Part shown: positions 19,951 to 29,196 of the stretch, one piece after another
How the letters are laid out: every line of letters starts with the position of its first letter
Position numbering within the stretch: the first letter of the stretch is position 1
Source: a virus
Lineage: Duplodnaviria; Caudoviricetes
DNA length: 64,000 nt
Strand: one strand, 5' to 3'
Virus record (IMG/VR): IMGVR_UViG_3300020190_000054
Coordinates: 633-64,632 of that record
Made by a program: the position numbers and the translations under genes
The notes under the pieces: model-generated
The model's input: only the letters and a program-made list of their open reading frames with translations
What the model was told of the DNA's origin: nothing
The model's database searches: none

Positions 19951-21057
19951 TTATTTTAAACCCCGTTCAAACATGCCTTTCGTGCGAGCAGCTTCTTGCA
20001 TGTTCATAAAACCACTTAAAAACTTAAGAGGATTGGCATAGGCTTCCATGGAGTTGGGTTGGAAGTCACTAAATTTTTCAGAAATACCAACTTGACTCGG
20101 AGCTTGAAAATTAATTCCGGTCAAAGGAGTTTCGAGCTGATAAGGATTAACACCTTGAGCACTTAATGCTTGAAGTCCGGTATTAAATTTGTCTGTAAAC
20201 TCCATATTGCCAGCAGCTTTTTGCAATCCCGCAAAAGGAGTTTGTGCAGTGAATGCACTTACCGCTTCTTCGTAACCAATCTGACCAGGTTTTAATTTCT
20301 GTGCAAGTTGAGGATTGGTTGTCGCCCAGATTTGCAAACCAATCTTTTCTTTTTCTTCTGGACTACCAGCGGCATTATACGCTTTGGTTAAGTCTGCGAC
20401 TTGGTATTTTTTAGCCAGAGGATCTTGAGCTGCCATTTGAGCAACCCTTTGCTTTTCGGCTTCGTATGTACGGTCAGAAGGAGCGGCAGTCATGTTATTT
20501 AAAATAGAAGGTGGAGGAAGGTCTGGGGCAGGAGGGGGTGTTGAATCAACAGGCAAAGTCCAACGTTTTTGTTGCAATCCTGGAACGTCACGACCGGTAA
20601 CATCTCCCCTGGAAGAAGCACCGGTAGCAGCTGCTGCAGATGTATTTGGAATAAAAGGTGCTGCTAAAAAACCAAGTGGTGATGCGAACTCCAATACTCC
20701 ACCAAGACCTTTTTTCTCTTGTTCGCGAGCAAAGTTCATTAAAGGACGTTCAATTGGATCAGGTACAATTGAACTTACAAAACGATCAAGAGCGTTTCCT
20801 GGAGCTGCCGGAGACTGTTGATTAAGTGCTTGCCTGACTGCCTCGGTCGACCCAACAGCCGTTAATGCTCCGGCTGCTTGCATGGGCCTGGTTCTAGCAA
20901 TAATATTCAATCTTGCCGGAAGACTTCCTGCAACAACTGCTTTTCTTACTTGAGGGCCAGCGGCGCGGGAAGCTCGAATTAAATCACGAGTTATGAAATC
21001 ATCGACCACTCCGACTGCACGGCGCCCTTGATTAAACAAAAAAGAAAGTGGGTTCAT
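19951..21057 (-). CDS. putative internal virion protein
   Basis: 368 aa, A/Q/P-rich, between two muralytic genes. Confidence 0.55.
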   Translation of the reverse strand: MNPLSFLFNQGRRAVGVVDDFITRDLIRASRAAGPQVRKAVVAGSLPARLNIIARTRPMQAAGALTAVGSTEAVRQALNQQSPAAPGNALDRFVSSIVPDPIERPLMNFAREQEKKGLGGVLEFASPLGFLAAPFIPNTSAAAATGASSRGDVTGRDVPGLQQKRWTLPVDSTPPPAPDLPPPSILNNMTAAPSDRTYEAEKQRVAQMAAQDPLAKKYQVADLTKAYNAAGSPEEKEKIGLQIWATTNPQLAQKLKPGQIGYEEAVSAFTAQTPFAGLQKAAGNMEFTDKFNTGLQALSAQGVNPYQLETPLTGINFQAPSQVGISEKFSDFQPNSMEAYANPLKFLSGFMNMQEAARTKGMFERGLK

Positions 21058-21518
21058 TACCGCCAGCTCACTTGAAGATAAAGACGAGAACCCACTGCAG
21101 TGTCAGCAGGACCAGGTAAAGATTGAATAAATTCCGCACCTGAGCGCTCATAACGATAACGAGCCTGGAAAGGATCTTTGTAGTTAGGAACGTAAAGAAT
21201 ATTGGCAAGACGATTTGTTTCGTAAAGATAAATTTCGTCCCATACTTTTAACGCTTCTTTGGCATTGCTGGAGCGGATCGTACGATCTACGTCACCTGCA
21301 ATACTTTCAAGACGCGTAGAAGGAGAAGTCGCAACTTCTGTTTTCTTTTCAGCAGTATCACAACGACCGATTTGAATAGTAATCTTGTCGTAAAAGTATG
21401 AATCCGGAATGGTATTCATACTTTCTTCAAGACGAGCATAGTCACCTGCGGGCACTGAAACAGTGAAATACCCCAGGTGATACCTGACTCTACTTTTGTC
21501 AAAGTCAGATAACTGCAC
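21057..21518 (-). CDS. putative head-completion/adaptor protein
   Basis: 153 aa, helical (KSRVRYHLGY), downstream of the capsid cluster. Confidence 0.5.
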   Translation of the reverse strand: MQLSDFDKSRVRYHLGYFTVSVPAGDYARLEESMNTIPDSYFYDKITIQIGRCDTAEKKTEVATSPSTRLESIAGDVDRTIRSSNAKEALKVWDEIYLYETNRLANILYVPNYKDPFQARYRYERSGAEFIQSLPGPADTAVGSRLYLQVSWR

Positions 21519-21558
21519 TTTGTTCTCTCGGTATGTTTTTAATTATAAAACTAAGTAA

Positions 21559-22272
21559 TCAGGCAAATTGATTCATAACACTTGGATCTAAAACCATGCC
21601 TTCATACGGATTGCTTGCCATTAATTGATCAAAAACAGAAAGCCGACGTTGAGTAGCTTGTTGCAAGGCCCGTGACAATAAAGAATCTCTCAAAGAACGT
21701 TCTGCATCTTGTTTGAATAAATCTTTGAGTAATGTAGCAATGGCACCTTCATTGTCACGTTCGCCAGTACCTTCTGGTGCAGGTAGTGCAGGAGCTGCTG
21801 GAACTTCCATGGAACCAACTGCTTGTTCTTTTGGTAATTGAGAAAGATGTAACGTATCAAGACGGTACCGACCACTTGGATCTAACAAGCTGCTCATGTT
21901 GCCTGCTGCCCCAGCATTGGCCATGGGTGTGACTTTACCACCTCCCTTAAACGCAAGTTGGGTGCCAGCAGGAAGTCCATAATCTTCGCCCTCATGCATT
22001 CTTTGGCCTCCAAGGACTGGATGCTCGCGCATGCCATGGGGGCTAGTCATTGGAGCATTTTTATTTAATACGAACTGACCACCGGACTGTCCGTATAACT
22101 GCTGCCAATTTTTTTGACCTGGTAATTGAAAATAAATATTTTGCCCAAGATCACTCCTTGCCCATGACAAAGGAATTCTTTTTTTCTGCTGAGTGTCATA
22201 AACACGAAAATCAACATGGGCGCCAGTAGATCTGCCAGTACTACCAACTACACCAATGGGAATCCAGGCCAT
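21559..22272 (-). CDS. M23-family peptidase, circularly permuted
   Basis: N-terminal IGVVGSTGRSTGAHVDFRV precedes TSPHGMREHP...HEGEDY...GN...LHLS. Confidence 0.8.
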   Translation of the reverse strand: MAWIPIGVVGSTGRSTGAHVDFRVYDTQQKKRIPLSWARSDLGQNIYFQLPGQKNWQQLYGQSGGQFVLNKNAPMTSPHGMREHPVLGGQRMHEGEDYGLPAGTQLAFKGGGKVTPMANAGAAGNMSSLLDPSGRYRLDTLHLSQLPKEQAVGSMEVPAAPALPAPEGTGERDNEGAIATLLKDLFKQDAERSLRDSLLSRALQQATQRRLSVFDQLMASNPYEGMVLDPSVMNQFA

Positions 22273-22297
22273 GTCTTTTTCTTTTTATTTTAAAACT

Positions 22298-22324
22298 AAA
22301 AAACCCCCGGTTTCCCAGGGGCTT
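22298..22324 (-). terminator. intrinsic terminator ending the capsid operon
   Basis: Minus strand CCCCCTGG-GAAA-CCGGGGG followed by a T-run. Confidence 0.75.
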
Positions 22325-22340
22325 TAGCAGAGAGATGAAA

Positions 22341-22766
22341 TCAGACTCGAATTAGATTGTCTGCAAGAATTGCATCCCAATCAACTCGTTTAATCTGTTT
22401 TAACTGCTCAAGATTATTAAAACGTTCACCCGATAAGGACATCTGAAGGTCTTTAATGTCTCGAGCAGTTTTGAGGCCAATACCTTTGATATGATCAGCA
22501 ATCATTTGAGCAGTGGCACTGTTGATATTCAAACGAGTATCAGGAGGAAAAGAACGAGGTTCTTCTTTCGAAGCCTTGTCCTTTACCTGTAGCGCCTTTA
22601 CTTTTTTGGTTGCTTCTTCATCAGGAACAAGCTCGGTTTTGTAGGCGGTGTAGACACGCTCGTCCTGGTCTTGAACCATGAACCATTCGCCGTCATCCCA
22701 CTCGCCTACAATTTTTACCCGAGCACCTGTCTTTTTGTGTTGATAAAGAAGCGCTTGATTGGACAT
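22341..22766 (-). CDS. helix-hairpin-helix (ComEA-like) DNA-binding protein
   Basis: LNINSAT...IKGIGLKTARDI...RFNNLEQLKQIK. Confidence 0.75.
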   Translation of the reverse strand: MSNQALLYQHKKTGARVKIVGEWDDGEWFMVQDQDERVYTAYKTELVPDEEATKKVKALQVKDKASKEEPRSFPPDTRLNINSATAQMIADHIKGIGLKTARDIKDLQMSLSGERFNNLEQLKQIKRVDWDAILADNLIRV

Positions 22767-22801
22767 AGGACCAGGTTTTATCTGGTCCTAGTTTAACTCA
22801 A

Positions 22802-23608
22802 TCAGCTGACAGTGCGACCAAGAAGGTAACCGTCGATGTCTTCGTAACCAGGAGCCACATCAGGCTGGATGTAGCACACTTCCGTAACCAGGTAACCGGT
22901 ACGGCCAGCAGCTGAATCAGCGTTAGAGATGTACACACCACCGGAGACGGAGGTAGCAGTAGTCGACTCGCGAGCAAACACCTTGAAGGTGGTGGCGGAA
23001 TCAACTTTCTTATAGATGCCGGAAGCATCCACACCAGCAGCGCCGGTAGCAGTCAGGAACGGGGTCGAACCATAAGCAGCCGAACCACCAGCGAAGTAAA
23101 TCTTGGTGGCAGCATCACCAGAGGTGGTGGAAGTCAGGTTGGCCTGAGCAATGGGTTCGCCAGCGCCGGTTTCGGCAACAGGGCCACTGGAATCACGGCA
23201 GAAGGTGATGACGTTACCGGTGGAAGCATACACACCCGAAGCGGCACGGCCATCGCCCCAGCCCGAAGCAACGCTCAGGGTGGCACGATAAACGAACGCA
23301 GGGAGGGCAGAGCTACCAGAGATCACCATGCCGGTGATGTCGGGGCGGGTGTCGTCCTGGCGGTAAGGCGAAGGAACGATCACGTTCATGGTTTGACCCT
23401 TGGCGGCAGCATCGCCAGAAGCCCAGGTCACAGGAACGTAACCACGCTGCTGAAAATAGCGATAACCAGGGACAGCAAGGACGGAAGTAGGGCCGCCCTT
23501 GGAACCATCATTGCTACCGCTGTCGTCGGTATCAATGTTTTTATACCAGCCATTCAGGGGTTCAGCCCAGTTGCCGGGATAAATTTTCTTAGCAGACAAA
23601 TAAGTCAT
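22802..23608 (-). CDS. abundant virion protein (head decoration or tail)
   Basis: 268 aa directly downstream of the MCP with the same strong codon bias. Confidence 0.65.
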   Translation of the reverse strand: MTYLSAKKIYPGNWAEPLNGWYKNIDTDDSGSNDGSKGGPTSVLAVPGYRYFQQRGYVPVTWASGDAAAKGQTMNVIVPSPYRQDDTRPDITGMVISGSSALPAFVYRATLSVASGWGDGRAASGVYASTGNVITFCRDSSGPVAETGAGEPIAQANLTSTTSGDAATKIYFAGGSAAYGSTPFLTATGAAGVDASGIYKKVDSATTFKVFARESTTATSVSGGVYISNADSAAGRTGYLVTEVCYIQPDVAPGYEDIDGYLLGRTVS

Positions 23609-23640
23609 TTATTTTTCCTTTGTTGTGTTTATGTTATTTA

Positions 23641-25625
23641 TCAGACGCTACCGTCATCAGACACAAAGCTGTAGGCGGTGGTCACGAAGTCCTTGTTCAG
23701 GATCTCGAAGCCAGCGTACAGTTGCCAGATGAGGATGATGAAACGGCTGAAGTCGTCGTTGTTGTTGATCAGCACCTGAGCGTTCGGACCGCCGATACCA
23801 ACGCCAATGGCTTGAGGACCGAAGAAGAAACCTTGGGCAACTTCTTGGTTGGCATAAGGGGCAGCGCCGGTGAAAGAAGCCGAAACGTTCTTGGTCGGGA
23901 AGTTGGTCGACTCGAAGAACTTAACGCCTTCAAACTGAACACCAGTCGGCATGACGGGTTCACCAGCCAGGAAATAAGCCTGACCAGCTTGGGGACCCAT
24001 GTAGAAGCTGGCGTTGTTAGGCATCATGGGGTTGCCCATGTACATGCCTTGGCCAGGATTGCCAGCGTAACGAGCAATTTCACGGAAGTCGGGATCACGA
24101 CGCAGGTGCATCATGAAGGTGGGATCGCAGATGCAACGATACAGACCATCAGCGAAGGTAGGAACGTTACGCTTGCGCAGATCCTTGACAACAGTCAGAA
24201 GGTCGGTACGCACCGAGAACTGCTGCACATCAGCGGTGTACTCAGCGGAGCTGTAAGTAACTTGGCTGGAAGAGTTCTTGGCTTTGTTACCAGGGAAGTA
24301 GTAACCACCTTGGGTGCTGGAAGCTTGACCATTGGCATCAGCTTTGGCCAGTTCGTCAATGAAGACGCGGTCACGCCAACGGCGATAGTCATCAAGCAGC
24401 GTCAGGCTACCGATCGACTGGTGGAACATATTCAGGTTGCCGGTGTCCAGCAGCAGACGCTGGGCGGTAACCAGGGTTTCACGAGCAATCTTGAAGGTGC
24501 TGGGCTGGGTCGGATCGCCCGGATCAGCAGGGCCGGTGTACTCTTTCAGCACAACAAGCACCTTCTCTTTGGTGATGTTGCGGCTGTTAGCGGTACCGAT
24601 GGTTTGGTCAGCCACGCGCTCACGGCTGTCCTTGGTACCAGGAGTACCCCAGAACTTATAGCGGTCGAGCTGAACGGTTTGACCAGGCTGACGAGTGAAG
24701 TCGTGAACAACCACGGGCTCCACAGCCATCTCGGCAATATATGCAGGGTGCGGACGATAGAGTTCCGCGCCTAAAATCTTTGGAAAATCGTTCTCCTGGT
24801 CCCTAATTTCTTAGAGGGGTGGACTATCTCTTCATCCCTGTGGGATGCCGGACGCTAAATCTGGTATTACGTAACAAGATCGTGTTACCCCCAGTAGTCT
24901 CTGCACCTTCCAATCACGGGCTTGATTGGCTTGGCTCAGGATTACCCTCGTCTTTACGTTAGGGCTTCCCTGAATTCATCCGGTTTGCACTCATCAATTA
25001 CTCGATGAGGTGACAACGTTGAGCGTTCAGTTGAGGTATGATTTGGAAACCTGTTCATAAACAACATGGATCCAAAATTAGTTCCTGGATTTGGTAACCT
25101 TTACTTAACAGAAAGAGGAGAAGCTTTTGAAAAACAACTTGATGAAAACAACCAAGAATATTTTCAAAAAATTGCAATTAGCTCAACCAGTACTTATGAC
25201 CGTATTTCTGTTCTTGTAAATGGAAGAAGAAAGAGGTTTCATCTTCACGTCTTGATGGCTATTGCTTTTTTAGGGTTAGATCTTCGTTCACATGGAACAA
25301 ATAATTTTTCCCTTCAAGTAGATCACAAGGACAACAACAAAAGAAATAACTGCGTCGATAACCTTGAAATCGTAACCAAACAAGAAAATCTTACAAGAGC
25401 TTGGGAAACCGGTTGTTACAAGAACAATGGTTTTGCTAGTAAAGGCAGACCGAAAAAAACTTTAAGAAAATTTTCTTCGGAAGACGTGAAGCAAATTAAA
25501 ACTTTAAAAGAAGCAGGACTTTCTTATCGAAAGATTGCGGAAAAGTTTAACTGCAATCACGGTGCTATTTACCAAATCCTAAAAGGAAATACCTACCAGG
25601 ATCTGAACTAGCTATCAATAAACAC
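23641..25625 (-). CDS. major capsid protein, spliced: join(25614..25625, 23641..24792), 387 aa
   Basis: GGAGG SD at 25636-25640; GTG TTT ATT GAT exon joins in frame to AAC GAT TTT CCA, giving MFID-NDFPKILGAELYRPHP...; body has G.TVQ..RY, L.EY, HP-like DPTF..LRRD, G...GVKFFES and D.F.R....W, typical of N4-gp56-like capsids. Confidence 0.85.
24793..25613 (-). mobile_element. group I self-splicing intron (821 nt) in the major capsid gene
   Basis: Conserved core on minus strand: P AAUUCAGGGAA, Q AAUCCUGAGC, R GUGCAGAGACUA, S AAGAGAUAGUCC; P3 CCGGAUG/CGUCCGG; P7 GACUA/UAGUC; exon ends in U and intron ends in G; P1 UGAU^AGC/GUUGUCA; P10 CGUU/AACG. Confidence 0.93.
25066..25611 (+). CDS. intron-encoded HNH homing endonuclease with C-terminal HTH, antisense to the intron
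   Basis: HVLMAIAFLG...QVDHKDNNKRNNCVDNLEIVT..EN, then GLSYRKIAEKFNCNHGAIYQI; AT-rich relative to flanks; TATGAT at 25037-25042. Confidence 0.92.
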   Translation: MDPKLVPGFGNLYLTERGEAFEKQLDENNQEYFQKIAISSTSTYDRISVLVNGRRKRFHLHVLMAIAFLGLDLRSHGTNNFSLQVDHKDNNKRNNCVDNLEIVTKQENLTRAWETGCYKNNGFASKGRPKKTLRKFSSEDVKQIKTLKEAGLSYRKIAEKFNCNHGAIYQILKGNTYQDLN

Positions 25626-25720
25626 CTTGGTTTATCCTCCAGTGTTAATTTTGTTATCGGGTGAGAAGACTTGGCTTTTGCCTCATCTACTACAAATTGT
25701 AGCAGTCAGTAATTTATTTA

Positions 25721-26260
25721 TTACGTGTACTGCATGGTAGGTGCTTTATAACGAGCACCCATCGAATTACTGGAGCCATAAGACTCCGGATCAACTACAG
25801 CTTGCTGGAATCCAGGGAGACCCATGGCACCAGGAATAGCGCCAAGGGCTACACCGCCAAGACCGGCAGCAGCAGCAGAAGCAGGAACTAAACCAAGAGC
25901 CACGTTCCTACCTAGCACACGCGTAGTTGCCGCAGTTGCTTCAGGAATAGAACCTGCGCCACCTGCTACATCAGCTAGCTCCAACAGAGCTTTCTGACGT
26001 AAACCGCCTTCACGCATCTTTGTTGCTTGTTCAAAAAGGAAGTCCTGTTGTTCTTGGCCCAAATTTTGGATACCTTTTACCATTTGAGGAGCGTACTTCC
26101 CGGCTAGAGCACGTGCCCCAAGTAAACCAGCTGCACCACCAAGACCACCGGCCGCAGCAGCAAGTGCCGCAGAACCGGGATCCTCTCCTTGAGAAAGGGC
26201 GTACCCACCCGTGGCTAAGCCAGCAGCAATAGGTACGCCATAAGCTAAGCGCTTACGCAT
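25721..26260 (-). CDS. Gly/Ala-rich (glycine-zipper-like) putative virion or membrane protein
   Basis: 179 aa with GxxxG repeats. Confidence 0.6.
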   Translation of the reverse strand: MRKRLAYGVPIAAGLATGGYALSQGEDPGSAALAAAAGGLGGAAGLLGARALAGKYAPQMVKGIQNLGQEQQDFLFEQATKMREGGLRQKALLELADVAGGAGSIPEATAATTRVLGRNVALGLVPASAAAAGLGGVALGAIPGAMGLPGFQQAVVDPESYGSSNSMGARYKAPTMQYT

Positions 26261-26264
26261 CGCC

Positions 26265-27230
26265 TTACTCCATCACAAACAGTTTGTTTGCCAGCGTTTG
26301 AGGCTGAGCTTGGTTCATGAGCCGCCAGGCGTTCTGGGGATCACGAGCCATTTGCTCGCTGAAATTAGCCCAGAAGTTTTCAGGTTGCTGAGGAGCATCA
26401 GCAGCCGGAGGGGCAGGGAACTGATTCATGGCAGTAGGTTGCACAGCTTCGGTGCGATAACCAGGACGCTCAAGTTCCACTTCGTTTTCGTACACGGGGT
26501 ACGGACCTTCAGGACCAAAGAACTTCAGGGTGTAATCACTGAGAACGTCAGGATTAGTCAGGATTTCGTTGTACGCCAGGTTCTCTTGATGCTCATTAAC
26601 AGCAAACTGGGCGTAACCCTGAATGGTATCAGCGGCGCGGTTTCCCCACGCGACGGCGCTGTCCAGCATTGCCTCCAGATTCAGGGCGTAGTTGTTCAGA
26701 AGGGCGGGTGCCTCGATTCCGAACGCGTCCATTACTTGGCGGCTGTCCTGGCTCATTCCCAACTGGTCCGCGAGCGCCACCAAGGAGGGAGCTGACGAGG
26801 TTTGGGAAGAGTTGGGCGATAAGGCCGGGTTGGCTTGCCAGGTCTGCGGAGCCGATTGTTGCGTAACTTGGGCGCTGGCTTGTTGGCCGTAGTTCGCCGG
26901 GGAATACTGAGTCGTCGGCTGCGAGGGTTGACCCTGGAACGGGGATTGGACTGGTGCGCTCAGCAGATTCACCACCTTGTTGAACGCCGATTCCCACGGA
27001 TTCGAGATAGTTTCCGAGGTCGTCGGGGATTGGGGGGCGTACTGAGTAGGGGCTGATTGGTAATTGGGGGCCGCCTGCGGCACCGCTTGGGGGTAACTGG
27101 TACCCACCTGATACGGCACCGGAGCCGGGGAGGCTGCCTGTTGCGGAGCTGCCACCACGTAGCTGCTCGGAGCGACGGCTGCGGGTGCTGGGCTCGTCTG
27201 TGGGATCGATTGGACGGTAGCGTCCTGCAT
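26265..27230 (-). CDS. putative head scaffolding protein
   Basis: AAGGAG SD upstream; P/Q/A/S-rich N-half and helical acidic C-half; lies between portal and MCP. Confidence 0.7.
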   Translation of the reverse strand: MQDATVQSIPQTSPAPAAVAPSSYVVAAPQQAASPAPVPYQVGTSYPQAVPQAAPNYQSAPTQYAPQSPTTSETISNPWESAFNKVVNLLSAPVQSPFQGQPSQPTTQYSPANYGQQASAQVTQQSAPQTWQANPALSPNSSQTSSAPSLVALADQLGMSQDSRQVMDAFGIEAPALLNNYALNLEAMLDSAVAWGNRAADTIQGYAQFAVNEHQENLAYNEILTNPDVLSDYTLKFFGPEGPYPVYENEVELERPGYRTEAVQPTAMNQFPAPPAADAPQQPENFWANFSEQMARDPQNAWRLMNQAQPQTLANKLFVME

Positions 27231-28977
27231 AACTCATCTCCTTTTGTAAGGCCTCTAATGTTCGATACAGATATGGGGTTAAATCCAGTCTTGGATCCGC
27301 AGCCATCGGAAGATCCGGTGATTGCGGGTGAGGAGTCTGCATCATGCCCCCCACTAAACGAGCGAAAGAAGAATATGCATTCTGCAATTCGCCCACCATC
27401 CTGAACGGGAACCCAGATAACATCTCGGCCCGCTCCTCATCCGTCTTGGACGGGAAGAGGTATTTCAGTGCCTCAATGCTATCAACACCTAATTCCTGAA
27501 GGTTGCGCACCACAATGGAGTTGTTCAGGATGTCCTGTGTTGAATCCTCGTATACGGGACCCAACCAACGCCATTGAACAGTAATGTCACCATCGGGAAT
27601 TAGCCCCAGCACCCCTGGAGGAATCTGCTGGGTTTTAACGCATGCCATCATTAATTGCTTTACTTGATCTTCAAAAGCAGTCAACGCATCTGCATAAAGC
27701 GCCAACTCGTTTTCATCAGCATTTTCGTCCGGCTCAACAGGTTTTTCAAGACCTGCTGCAGCTGCCAATGTGGTGCGGAAAATCTGCTCTTCTTGATAAA
27801 TAATTAATTCAAGACAGCGACAAATGCCATACGTATACACAGCATTTGCTTTTTTCTTTGATGTTGCCGAAACACGTCCAAATAAGGACTTGTACTCTGT
27901 TGCCGTTACACCAGCGGAAATAGACAGTTCATCAACACCGCCCAATGCCGTACGAATTTCTTCGCGGTATTGACGAGCAAATGAATTTTGATCACCAGTA
28001 ATAGCATCTGGAACAATGTAACCAACTCGATCGTTTGGTTCCAGGTTTGCAATGACTCGTGGAACACGGATTTGACCGTCAATGCCACGAGCTAAAGGAT
28101 CAGATTTAAACCGAGACTGGCTTAAGCTGCCCATCCCAGTAAAGCCTGAATTAGCTGCAATGGAAGGGCGTTGAACAACGGTGTCACCACCAGCTTCCAT
28201 CAGGTCAGTCTTAGGCCTGGAAGAAAGAAGAGTAGGATTACCAAAGAACTGAACGTTCTTACGCATGGTGCGAACCATTTCGTCATGCGTAACAATGTGA
28301 TTGGCGAGTGCATCAAACTCACCAAATCCTTCAGTTGAAAAGCCTTTGGGGTTATTAAAGATTTCAACACAAGGGATAAACCCTAATGTGTTACGAAATG
28401 TTTTTGTTTTACCAGGGGTTGCATAGCTGGGTTGATCGAATGAAATTTCACCTTCCGCATGCGTTTCTTCAATCGTTTTTCTTTTGATCGAAAGTTTGAT
28501 ATAACGTCGCGCACCTTGATTAATCGTGGCTGGACCTGTCAATTTGGTTGCCGCAATATCTTGATCAAACCCAATACCACGACGAACTTTATAGCTGTAG
28601 ATAATTACGACTTCGTCCAGTTCTCCATCGATGTTGTAATACGTCCGATACTCATGTTTGCGGAAGTAATACATTCTGTAATTACTGTCCGTGGGACGGA
28701 TATAAAAAAGTCCTTGTCCGTCACAAAGAAAATAATCCCAGACTGAATCTAAGCGTGTATCAATTTGATTGTACTTAAGAACGCGAGTGACAAAGTCCTT
28801 GCGTTGATTCCCAAAATTATCTTGCGCTGGAAAAAACTCAACCCCTTGGCGAATGCCAAAAAGTTTCATTTGTGCTAAATGAGACGCAATGACCCCAGTA
28901 TCGACCATTGCGCTACCGTCTCGTTCCAGGTAGGCGTCAATGATTTCTTTTAAGCGAGATTTTGCGTCAGCAGCCAT
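26629..28977 (-). CDS. portal protein, with a possible long C-terminal extension overlapping the scaffold gene
   Basis: About 580-aa core with NTLGFIPCVEIFN, G.GEF, TATEYKSL and I.VQW...P; located between terminase and scaffold. Confidence 0.8.
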   Translation of the reverse strand: MAADAKSRLKEIIDAYLERDGSAMVDTGVIASHLAQMKLFGIRQGVEFFPAQDNFGNQRKDFVTRVLKYNQIDTRLDSVWDYFLCDGQGLFYIRPTDSNYRMYYFRKHEYRTYYNIDGELDEVVIIYSYKVRRGIGFDQDIAATKLTGPATINQGARRYIKLSIKRKTIEETHAEGEISFDQPSYATPGKTKTFRNTLGFIPCVEIFNNPKGFSTEGFGEFDALANHIVTHDEMVRTMRKNVQFFGNPTLLSSRPKTDLMEAGGDTVVQRPSIAANSGFTGMGSLSQSRFKSDPLARGIDGQIRVPRVIANLEPNDRVGYIVPDAITGDQNSFARQYREEIRTALGGVDELSISAGVTATEYKSLFGRVSATSKKKANAVYTYGICRCLELIIYQEEQIFRTTLAAAAGLEKPVEPDENADENELALYADALTAFEDQVKQLMMACVKTQQIPPGVLGLIPDGDITVQWRWLGPVYEDSTQDILNNSIVVRNLQELGVDSIEALKYLFPSKTDEERAEMLSGFPFRMVGELQNAYSSFARLVGGMMQTPHPQSPDLPMAADPRLDLTPYLYRTLEALQKEMSYAGRYRPIDPTDEPSTRSRRSEQLRGGSSATGSLPGSGAVSGGYQLPPSGAAGGPQLPISPYSVRPPIPDDLGNYLESVGIGVQQGGESAERTSPIPVPGSTLAADDSVFPGELRPTSQRPSYATIGSADLASQPGLIAQLFPNLVSSLLGGARGPVGNEPGQPPSNGRVRNRGTRPSEQLRPESGGNAGQRRRVGKPRR

Positions 28978-29013
28978 TAACTATTACGGGTCCAGGGTCA
29001 CTCTAGGTTTATT

Positions 29014-29196
29014 TTACTCTTCTTCTACTTCATAACCAGCAGGGTCATTGACTTTTGTCAAGATGACTCCATTGCTTTTTATATCCCAATTCAGTACATC
29101 GCCTTCTTGCCAGCCCAGCTCTTCCATCAGTTCATCGGGAAACGTAAGAAAAAGCTCTCCGTTGTCGTCTTCTTCTACTTCAAGGATGTAGCTCAT
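29014..29196 (-). CDS. AbrB/MazE-like small DNA-binding protein
   Basis: GELFLTFPDELMEELGWQEGDVLNW. Confidence 0.75.
   Translation of the reverse strand: MSYILEVEEDDNGELFLTFPDELMEELGWQEGDVLNWDIKSNGVILTKVNDPAGYEVEEE

Noticed and set aside
23620-24774. 384-aa plus-strand ORF
   Set aside because: It is an antisense shadow of the codon-biased capsid gene, with no RBS or recognisable motifs.
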